A DNA stretch of 64,000 bases, taken from IMG/VR virus record IMGVR_UViG_3300025867_000005, one strand, 5' to 3'. The number at the start of each line of letters is the position of its first letter. The stretch's first letter is position 1. The DNA is from a virus. Its lineage: Duplodnaviria; Caudoviricetes. Positions 56,430 through 64,000 of this stretch are shown one piece after another. A program made the translations under genes and the position numbers. The notes beneath the pieces are model-generated. The model saw only the letters and a list, made by a program, of their open reading frames with translations. It had not been told where the DNA came from and searched no databases.

Positions 56430-59400
56430 GGCATGAGGTGTAACGGTTGCATTGCGAGGAAAAGGGAGGCTAAAAAATCGTGACGAAAACTGTAAGGCTG
56501 ACAGCGCCGCCCCGCTTTGGTACGCTTTGCCTATCAAAATATGCCGCAATGCGCTTGCGGTATCGAGTTTCAGGAATGCTTGAAGGCTTGACCGTCAAGG
56601 CAAGGGAGCGACATGAATCCGGTTGAACAGTATTTGAGTGACATGGGGGCGATTCGCTCGACTGGCGCGGGAACCGTGGAAACGTCCTACTACACCGCGC
56701 TTTCCACGCTCTTGAACGAGATCGGCAAGAAGCCAAGCCCGAAAGTCCGTTGCGTTATCCAGCTTCAGAACAAAGGCGCGGGCATGCCTGACGGCGGCAT
56801 GTTCACCGCCGACCAGTTCAGAGGCAAAGCCGCCAAAGAGGACGCCGGGGCGAACCCGCTCAAAACCCTCCCGCCTTCCCGTGGCGTGATCGAAGTCAAA
56901 TCCCCCGCCGAGGACATGGCGGACATCATCGAAAGCGAGCAAATCGCCCGCTATTGGGATCACTACGGCCTTGTTCTGGTCACGAATTACCGCGCTTTCA
57001 CGCTGATCGGGCGCACGGCCACAGGTCACGCCGTGGAACTGGAAAGTTTCACGCTGGCCGCGACCGAGGCGGAATTCTGGAAACTGGCCGCGCACCCGCG
57101 CACCTGCCCCGCCGCCCTGCGCGAACGGTTCGCCGAATACCTATACCGCGCGATGACCCATAACGCCCCGCTGGCCTCGCCGCAGGACGTGGCCGCTATC
57201 CTCGCCTCCTATGCCCGTGACGCCAAGGCACGCATCGAACACGCCGACTTGCCCGCGCTGGCCGGATTGCGTGAAGCCCTGGAGCACGCCCTTGGTCTCA
57301 AATTCGAGGGCGATAAGGGCGAGCACTTCTTCCGCTCCACGCTGATTCAAACTCTCTTCTATGGCATTTTCTCAGCATGGGTGCTTTGGGCAAGGAAACG
57401 CAAGCCTGCCCCCGCCGCATCCGTCAAGGAAAAGAGCCTCAAATATGCGTTGAAAGAAACGGCAGCATCCTACCGCACGAACGCCAAGCAGTTTGAATGG
57501 CGTTCAGCCGTGTGGCTCCTGCGCGTGCCGATGATCCGCGCACTATTCGGGCAGATTGCCACGCCGGAACGTCTCGGCCCCTTGGGGCTGGAAGAAGTCC
57601 TCGACTGGGCCGCGTCCGCCCTGAACCGCGTGGACGGCGACGCGTTCTTCACCGCCTTTGACGAGGGGCACGCCGTCCAGTACTTCTATGAGCCGTTCCT
57701 GCAAGAGTTTGACCCCGAGTTGCGCAAAGACCTTGGCGTATGGTACACGCCGACCGAGATCGTTGAATATCAGGTTGAGCGCGTGGATACCGTCCTGCGC
57801 GAAGAGCTGCACATTGCCGACGGGCTGGCCGACCCGCGCGTGATCGTCCTTGACCCGTGCTGCGGCACCGGGGCCTATGTGCGTGCTGTGCTGAACCGCA
57901 TCGCCAAGACGCTAGACGCCAAAGGCGGCGACGCGTTGAACGCGCAAGAAGTAAAAACCGCAGCGCTTGAACGCGTGTTTGGCTTCGAGATCCTGCCCGC
58001 GCCGTTCGTTATCGCCCATCTGCAAATCGGTCTGTTGCTGGAAACGCTCGGCGCACCGCTCATAGAGTCAAAAGAGCCCGACAAGAAGGCTGAACGCGTC
58101 GGCGTATACCTGACCAACTCCCTGACCGGCTGGGAGCCGCCCAAGGAGAAGCCCAAGCAACTGCTCCTCATGCCCGAACTCGAACAGGAGCGCGACGCGG
58201 CCAACAACGTGAAACAGGGGAAGAAAATCATAGTCGTAATCGGCAACCCACCCTATAACGGTTTTGCGGGTGTCAGCCCCGAAGAGGAGAACGGGCTTGT
58301 AAATGCATATAAAGAAGGACTGAGTGATTGGGGCATAACCCGAAATTACCTCGATGACTTGTATGTGAGATTTTTCCGTTTGGCCGAAAAGCGTATTACC
58401 GAGCACAGTGGTTTGGGAGTTGTGTCCTTCATTTCAAACTTCTCCTACCTCTCTGAACAGTCTTATGTGATTATGCGTCGTCGTTTCCTTGAAGAGTTCG
58501 ACACACTCCGGTTCGACTGCCTTAACGGTGACAGTCGCGAGACTGGCAAACTGACACCGGATGGGAACCCCGACCCTTCAGTCTTCTCGACTCAATGGAA
58601 TCGTGAAGGTATTCGCGTTGGCACTGCCATCGGACTGATGGTCAAACACGATAATCGAAGTCAAAGCAAAGACAAGGCGAAAGTCTCGACTGAGCATGGG
58701 ACGGTTCGCTTCCGGCAATTCTGGGGAACGAAGAAACGCGAAGAACTACTTGCGAGCCTTGCATCCTCAAATTTTGATGCTCAATACGACATTTCAAGCC
58801 CCTCGCTTTCAAATCGTTGGAGTTTTCGACCGTCTGACGTTTCGGCCACATATTTGCAATGGTCCAACGTCGTTGATTTGAGTGCCGAGAAGCCTTTTCT
58901 TGGCTTAAACGAAAATAGAGGCGGCGATCTTCAGTGTATTGATAAGGATGCTTTACGGGCTAAGATTCAAGTCTACCTTGACCAAAATTTGTTGTGGGAT
59001 GAATATGTTTCACCTTCTGCTGCGCTAACAAAGCCTGCCGCTGGGTTCAAACCTGAAAGTGTAAGGAAAAAAGTTCAGGCAGAAGAGCCTTTCTCGGAGG
59101 ATCGCATTCAACGTTACTTGCGTAGACCATTCGATACTGTTTGGGCTTACATTTCGGACGTGAGCCCACTGTGGAATCGCTCTCGCCCCGAGTTGCGCAC
59201 ACACTTGGCGGGCAGCCAGAAGTGTTTCATAACACGTCCCTCATGTCCCGCTAATCCCGAGGGTATCCCAGTGCATATGACAAGGCTCGCAGGGGAGCAG
59301 GATTCAATACGTGGTCATGCGTACTATTTCCCTGTCAGACTGAAAAAGACCCAAAAGAAAAAAGTAGCCATGATGGGTGTGGAATCTGAAGAAGTGAAGC

Positions 59401-59730
59401 CCCGAAATGCGGAAGAGAAGTCTGACGAGTCCGCCAGAAGAGTATACCATAAACAGGAGGTACTCTTTGATGATGATGTTTCAACAGCCAACCTTTCCCC
59501 CGCCACGCTCTACTACCTCCCCGGCACATCCGGTTGGGACGCTCCCGCCGAACCGCTCCTCACATACGAACTCGTAAACGGAGAAATGACGATCACGGGC
59601 GTAGACTCCTTCTTCACAGGCAATTCTTTGCCTATCCCGGAAAATCTTGCAGGCTACCCCGTTACCTCCATCGGCGACTACGCATTTTCCGACTGTGCAT
59701 CCCTCACCTCTGTCAACATCCCCAGCGGCG
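56430..59730. other. GC-rich, probably host-derived insertion
   Basis: abrupt shift to G/C-ending codons relative to the AT-rich flanks. Confidence 0.75.
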
Positions 59731-59900
59731 GATATAGTGACAATATGGGATGGCATAAAACTCAGAGTCATAATGCCCTATACAGGATTAAAAAGGGTTC
59801 ATGGTACGGTAGTTGCCGGCCTCTTGTAGAATATCGTGGTGGCGTCAGTAGGAAACAAATGCTTGCGGATATCGAAAAGTTTTCAAAGAAAGGAAATTAA
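56613..59900 (+). CDS. chimeric Type IIG/ISP-like restriction-modification enzyme (truncated specificity domain) fused to a BspA-like LRR fragment and a phage-like tail
   Basis: PDG..IEVK nuclease, YFYE.FL..GVWYTP, LDPCCGTG, GNPPY; then TLYYLPGTSGW..VTSIGDYAFSDCASLTSVNIP. Confidence 0.8.
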   Translation: MNPVEQYLSDMGAIRSTGAGTVETSYYTALSTLLNEIGKKPSPKVRCVIQLQNKGAGMPDGGMFTADQFRGKAAKEDAGANPLKTLPPSRGVIEVKSPAEDMADIIESEQIARYWDHYGLVLVTNYRAFTLIGRTATGHAVELESFTLAATEAEFWKLAAHPRTCPAALRERFAEYLYRAMTHNAPLASPQDVAAILASYARDAKARIEHADLPALAGLREALEHALGLKFEGDKGEHFFRSTLIQTLFYGIFSAWVLWARKRKPAPAASVKEKSLKYALKETAASYRTNAKQFEWRSAVWLLRVPMIRALFGQIATPERLGPLGLEEVLDWAASALNRVDGDAFFTAFDEGHAVQYFYEPFLQEFDPELRKDLGVWYTPTEIVEYQVERVDTVLREELHIADGLADPRVIVLDPCCGTGAYVRAVLNRIAKTLDAKGGDALNAQEVKTAALERVFGFEILPAPFVIAHLQIGLLLETLGAPLIESKEPDKKAERVGVYLTNSLTGWEPPKEKPKQLLLMPELEQERDAANNVKQGKKIIVVIGNPPYNGFAGVSPEEENGLVNAYKEGLSDWGITRNYLDDLYVRFFRLAEKRITEHSGLGVVSFISNFSYLSEQSYVIMRRRFLEEFDTLRFDCLNGDSRETGKLTPDGNPDPSVFSTQWNREGIRVGTAIGLMVKHDNRSQSKDKAKVSTEHGTVRFRQFWGTKKREELLASLASSNFDAQYDISSPSLSNRWSFRPSDVSATYLQWSNVVDLSAEKPFLGLNENRGGDLQCIDKDALRAKIQVYLDQNLLWDEYVSPSAALTKPAAGFKPESVRKKVQAEEPFSEDRIQRYLRRPFDTVWAYISDVSPLWNRSRPELRTHLAGSQKCFITRPSCPANPEGIPVHMTRLAGEQDSIRGHAYYFPVRLKKTQKKKVAMMGVESEEVKPRNAEEKSDESARRVYHKQEVLFDDDVSTANLSPATLYYLPGTSGWDAPAEPLLTYELVNGEMTITGVDSFFTGNSLPIPENLAGYPVTSIGDYAFSDCASLTSVNIPSGGYSDNMGWHKTQSHNALYRIKKGSWYGSCRPLVEYRGGVSRKQMLADIEKFSKKGN

Positions 59901-59902
59901 AA

Positions 59903-60322
59903 ATGAAGATTACTCTTCTTCCAGATCAGCTTTTTGCACTTAGAATCTTGGGAAAAAACGGATACCGTCCCCATTTTTATTGGGATGTCGCTTCCCTTAA
60001 CAAATGTCAGGAAGAAGTAGCAGTGCTTATTGTTGCTCTTCTCAGGAAACGGACTCTTAATTATTTCGGATTGAAATCGGAAGGTCTTGACTTTGATATT
60101 GACGGAAATCCGATGGAAGAAACTTTCCAGAGATGGATGTCGGCTAGCAATTCCAAAAAATCAGTAGGAGTTCCAGACAAGGGATGGGATTTGTTTGTTA
60201 ATTCCTTGCTGAATTCCGTGCCGAATCAACCCATGACTTCTTGGGTCGGAAGTGATAAGGAATTTCTTGCCGCTATTCAAAGCGTATGGGATGATATTTT
60301 CTTTAACAAGAGAAGTCGGTAA
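59903..60322 (+). CDS. hypothetical protein
   Basis: AAGGA RBS. Confidence 0.55.
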   Translation: MKITLLPDQLFALRILGKNGYRPHFYWDVASLNKCQEEVAVLIVALLRKRTLNYFGLKSEGLDFDIDGNPMEETFQRWMSASNSKKSVGVPDKGWDLFVNSLLNSVPNQPMTSWVGSDKEFLAAIQSVWDDIFFNKRSR

Positions 60323-60358
60323 TAAAACTTTATCTGATAGTCTTGTCAACTATCAGAT

Positions 60359-60820
60359 ATGCGCAAGAACTTCATCAGGTGTGACGGCGGCAGACGGGCA
60401 GCTGGGTTTAAAGGCATAACATGCGATTGTGTATGCCGCAGTATCGCTATCGTTACCGGTCGGCCTTATCTTGAAGTCTACAATGAGCTGAAAGTCCTTT
60501 GCAAAAAAGAACGAAGGCTTAAAACGAAACGTCGGTCTAGTCATAGGACAGGGATTCATACCGGGCATAAATGGTTTCGAGATTGGATGGTTTCTAAAGG
60601 TTTCATTTGGGTTAAATCAAGAAGGGGAAAACTTAATTTCAGCCAAAATAATCTTCCGATGGGAAGACTAATCGTGTTTATTGCGGTTCATGTACATTAC
60701 GCAGCGGTTATCGACGGAATCGTGTATGACACATGGAATCAATATATGGATGATGATAACACCATCTCAGGATATTGGGAATTTGATAGAAAAGACGTAT
60801 GTAAAGGAGTTGATAAATGA
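60359..60820 (+). CDS. conserved phage protein, possible papain/C39-like Cys-His-Asp fold
   Basis: DCVCRSIAI...HYAAVIDG..YDTW. Confidence 0.45.
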   Translation: MRKNFIRCDGGRRAAGFKGITCDCVCRSIAIVTGRPYLEVYNELKVLCKKERRLKTKRRSSHRTGIHTGHKWFRDWMVSKGFIWVKSRRGKLNFSQNNLPMGRLIVFIAVHVHYAAVIDGIVYDTWNQYMDDDNTISGYWEFDRKDVCKGVDK

Positions 60821-61677
60821 ACTTTTCAATTGTGCCCGTACAAGAACAAAAACAAGGAAGGACAGATTTCTATCTGATCGCGGTTTCTCAAATAAACAGA
60901 AGAACGGCTTATCAGTATGTCCACGATCCTTTACACAAAAACAAACCTGAAGGAAGTGGTTGGGAATCTACCGATTCCGGATGGAGCAAAGACAAAGGAG
61001 ATCCTTCAGGCGCGAAAATGACATTCAGCCCGGAAGTAAATGTGCCGGTCTTCAACAAAGAAAAGACAGAAGAGAATATTAAAAACATGTCAGTCCACAT
61101 TTCTTCTGCGATTAAAGAAGTGCTCGGTAAAGAAGTAGGACACCGGCTTTCTTCACGTAAATCGGGTAGATATATGGAAGCGGGTGTTATTTATAAGGAA
61201 GCAAGTTTTTCTGTAGACATCAAAGACATTAATGAAGAACAGGCGGAGAAGATAGCTAGGAAAATAGCGGACAAGATGCAACAAAGTTCAGTCCTTGTTT
61301 TCAACAATGACACAAGAAAGGCGAATCTCGTATTCGCTTCCGGAAGAGAAAATGAAGATTTTGAGTTGACGCCGCAAAGCAAAGAATTTTTCCTAAAGTC
61401 TACCGGGAATAACAAACAGACGATTGATAAAATAGACGAAAGTGTCAGAGCTGCAATGGAAGGCAAGGTAACGGGTTGGACAACAAGGAAAATAAAACAG
61501 ACTAGCATCAGAATCGGGAAAGACAGTTACATCAATACAAGTCATGCCGTTTCTCTTCATGGAATTGAAGAAGAAGATGCAGAAAAAATTGCCAAGCACT
61601 TGACAACAACCTTTGGAACTGATATCCTTTGTGTTGATTTGAAAAACAGATCGAAGAAGATAATCAAGAAAGGTTAA
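60817..61677 (+). CDS. tandem SAM-lyase (T3 SAMase)-like protein with N-terminal YxxDPxHK motif
   Basis: GRYMEA..KEASF..QAEKIAR..QQSSVLVF..TRKANLVFASG. Confidence 0.6.
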   Translation: MNFSIVPVQEQKQGRTDFYLIAVSQINRRTAYQYVHDPLHKNKPEGSGWESTDSGWSKDKGDPSGAKMTFSPEVNVPVFNKEKTEENIKNMSVHISSAIKEVLGKEVGHRLSSRKSGRYMEAGVIYKEASFSVDIKDINEEQAEKIARKIADKMQQSSVLVFNNDTRKANLVFASGRENEDFELTPQSKEFFLKSTGNNKQTIDKIDESVRAAMEGKVTGWTTRKIKQTSIRIGKDSYINTSHAVSLHGIEEEDAEKIAKHLTTTFGTDILCVDLKNRSKKIIKKG

Positions 61678-61995
61678 GACACATGAGAATTGTGAAAATT
61701 GGCGGCAAGTGGTATGTCAACCGCTGTGGAGGGGTTGGGATTCAGGGGAAAGAAGCACGAGATTCAGAATTCCGTGAATTTTGCCATTTGCGGCAGAATA
61801 AAGAAGGGTGTAATTGTCCACTTCTTAATGACAAGTTAGGAACCAAGTACTTTGGCAAAGAAGAAGATGTCATTGAAATTGAAGAAGATGTCGCGATGGC
61901 ATTGTTGCGAAATTGCCGATAGCTGATTCTATCTTGTGTCGCCGTGATTGATTTAGATAAGAAAAAGTTTTTATAATTAATTCTATTAGACACAT

Positions 61996-62071
61996 GCCCC
62001 TGTAGCTCAGTTGGAAGAGCGCGACGGTCCTAACGTTGAGGTCGCTGGTTCGAGCCCAGTCAGGGGTGCCA
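61996..62071 (+). tRNA. trnR: tRNA-Arg(CCT)
   Basis: CGACG-GTCCTAA-CGTTG; GCCA. Confidence 0.87.
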
Positions 62072-62079
62072 ATTCAGAT

Positions 62080-62155
62080 GGAGATTTAGTTTAACTGGAA
62101 AAAACCGGAGAATCATAATCTCTTAATATCGGTTCGAGTCCGGTAGTCTCCACCA
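62080..62155 (+). tRNA. tRNA-Ile2/Met(CAT)
   Basis: GGAGA-ATCATAA-TCTCT; ACCA. Confidence 0.83.
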
Positions 62156-62209
62156 GATCCACTGCTGGGAACAAAATGACAGCGCCTGTCTTGCGATAGT
62201 AGGCAATAT

Positions 62210-62284
62210 TGCCCTATGGTGTAATTGGTAGCACGAAACGCTCTGGACGTTTAGGACTGGGATCGTACCCTGGTAGGGCAACCA
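62210..62284 (+). tRNA. trnQ: tRNA-Gln(CTG)
   Basis: U1-A72; AAACG-CTCTGGA-CGTTT; ACCA. Confidence 0.88.
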
Positions 62285-62291
62285 ACGCTAT

Positions 62292-62367
62292 GGCCCTGTG
62301 GTGTAATCGGCAAGCACATGACTCTTTGAAAGTCAAAGACAGAGATCGTACCTCTGCGGGGCTACCA
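62292..62367 (+). tRNA. trnQ: tRNA-Gln(TTG)
   Basis: TGACT-CTTTGAA-AGTCA; ACCA. Confidence 0.87.
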
Positions 62368-62791
62368 ATCGAGTATCACGCGGACTCATGAATAGAAAAG
62401 GAAGATATGAACACAGAAATACGTAAAGCATATGTCGAAGGCTGTGTAGACGAAATGAGTTTCTTTAAGCGCTTGGAAAAAGCAATGAAGGAAGATTCTC
62501 AACCAGAAGAATATGAATTGGGTACAGATATCCATGATTTAGATATCAATCCAGATACGCTTAAGTTTTGATTTGAAAGGAAACAAAACAGAATGTTCAA
62601 ACAAAACGAAGCAGTGAAGTATACCTGTGGAAGTTTTTGCGGAGAAGGGATTATTGTCGGAATCTGCGCAATTGAACAGCCAGTGATCGGAGCCAATTAC
62701 ATCATTCAGGATTTGTCTGAAAACTTTCCTAATGATGTATATCCGTATAGTCACATCTCTTGTTCCGAATGTTGGCTAACAAAGGTCTGAA

Positions 62792-63241
62792 ATGAACATC
62801 AGTCTTAAAAATGACGCCGAAGCTTGGAAATTCCTTATTGAAATGGGTGGGGACTTCCGTATTCACACCAATAGAAACGGATTGAAGGTTTACATCTGTG
62901 TTTTAAACAGGAAGTATTCTGGCTACTACAAGTACTTCAGAAGGCGCTGGGATCTTTCGTCAAAACCAGACAAAAATAGTTGTGCCACTAGACCGGCATA
63001 TATCCATCAAGAAGATATTGTTGAATTTCCGAATGGATATCAAAATTCTATTTCTGGGAAGACTCTTGTTGAAATCGTAAATGCACACATTAAGAACATG
63101 TCGGGAAATATTTATGTCCCAGAAGGCGATTTTGAAGATTTTGAAAAACAGATTCAAGAAGACAAAGCCCGTCATGACTGGACACTTGAATTTAAAGGGT
63201 CTTTAGAAGATTTTAAAAAGCTAAGCGAAACTTGTTCTTGA
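62792..63241 (+). CDS. hypothetical protein
   Basis: 149-aa ORF in a packed run. Confidence 0.5.
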   Translation: MNISLKNDAEAWKFLIEMGGDFRIHTNRNGLKVYICVLNRKYSGYYKYFRRRWDLSSKPDKNSCATRPAYIHQEDIVEFPNGYQNSISGKTLVEIVNAHIKNMSGNIYVPEGDFEDFEKQIQEDKARHDWTLEFKGSLEDFKKLSETCS

Positions 63242-63305
63242 CCTATTGACATCCTAACCCGTATTTGCTATATTGTCTTCATTCAAGGAAGCAAAGGAGT
63301 AGACG

Positions 63306-63596
63306 ATGGCGAAGAAACTTTCAGACAAGACTTATCGCAACTGTTTGGACGCAAAAGGCAATTGTCTGAACTTGAAAGCCAAACAACCTAAGACCGTATC
63401 TGTCTTCTGTTGCGAAGCCACGGGAGAAGAATTCTCCTGTGTCGTATTAAATACCGACAGAGGCCTTTTAAGGGCTGCTGTTATAACGGATGAAAATGAC
63501 TTTGTTAAATGGATAGGAAACAAATGTATAGGAGCAGTTGTTCCTAGAAGAAATGCGCAAAACAAGGCAGTAGAAATGGGAATGTTGAGTTGTTAA
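63306..63596 (+). CDS. hypothetical protein
   Basis: promoter at 63246; AGGAG RBS. Confidence 0.55.
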   Translation: MAKKLSDKTYRNCLDAKGNCLNLKAKQPKTVSVFCCEATGEEFSCVVLNTDRGLLRAAVITDENDFVKWIGNKCIGAVVPRRNAQNKAVEMGMLSC

Positions 63597-64000
63597 ATGG
63601 CACATACTAGAAAAGACAGTTACGTAAAATGCAATGACATGTGGGATCATCTCCGTCCAGAAAATAAGAGATTCGTGGCGAAAAGGGAACGGATAGAAGC
63701 TAAAAAAATGATTCGCGATGAAATCGAATCTCCGGATGAAGTTGCAGAGAAAGGTCTTGGGCTTACCAAAGCCATTTCTACAATGCGAAAACTAATTTTC
63801 GAAAAGGGAATATCTGTAATCCCTAAAGGTGATTATTGTTATAGAGGTAAATGTTGTTGTCCGTATTGGGACAGTGCTTCCAATGTAGAGGAACAGAGCA
63901 ATGGGTTTTGTTGGTTTCTAGGCAAGGGAGACTGGATGCCTCCGGAAGAAGGTGGGACATTCCTCCTTTGGGATCAATGTAAAGAATGTGGGGAAAATGA

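Larger units (their letters stand above)
14938..63274 (+). promoter_or_regulatory. family of ~20 sigma70-type promoters TTGAC(A/G)-17/18-(TG)N-TAnnnT
   Basis: -35 boxes at 14938, 17257, 19174, 21165, 23901, 25681, 26355, 30541, 31991, 33344, 34131, 37329, 37827, 38122, 43528, 44613, 44834, 50088, 52781, 55728, 63246. Confidence 0.8.

Overview
This window is a segment of a very large (jumbo-type) dsDNA bacteriophage genome. Almost all genes lie on the + strand, and about 20 near-consensus sigma70 promoters drive short accessory ORFs. No clear core virion or replication genes are present. Layout: 1-14.1 kb holds auxiliary enzymes (patatin, IscS, MBL/RNase Z-like hydrolase, phosphoesterases, ClpP, DHH, HAD) and a ~960-aa protein. 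14.1-15.0 kb is a repeat-rich intergenic region where strand skew appears to flip (candidate replication origin). 15-43 kb holds NadD, NadE, Rnl2, a C5 methyltransferase, DUF262, NUDIX, a DUF4942 methyltransferase, an Rnl1-type RNA ligase fractured by a split intein around a free-standing endonuclease, and a ~620-nt structured non-coding region. 43.5-55 kb plus 62 kb is an RNA island with 33 hand-folded tRNAs (many atypical), tRNA mimics, other structured RNAs and three endonuclease genes, two inserted at tRNA genes. 56.4-59.9 kb is a high-GC, apparently host-derived restriction-modification/LRR chimera. The leading candidate for a new system is a set of 4-5 solitary type I-C CRISPR-repeat mimics dispersed between tRNAs, which could be tRNA-operon-encoded RNA anti-CRISPRs. 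Also notable: two tandem-domain SAM-lyase-like proteins sharing a short N-terminal motif with the large protein, a probable tRNA-Asp interrupted in its anticodon loop by a nuclease ORF, and a D-armless tRNA-Tyr. All calls come from reading motifs and folding by eye; no database searches were run.
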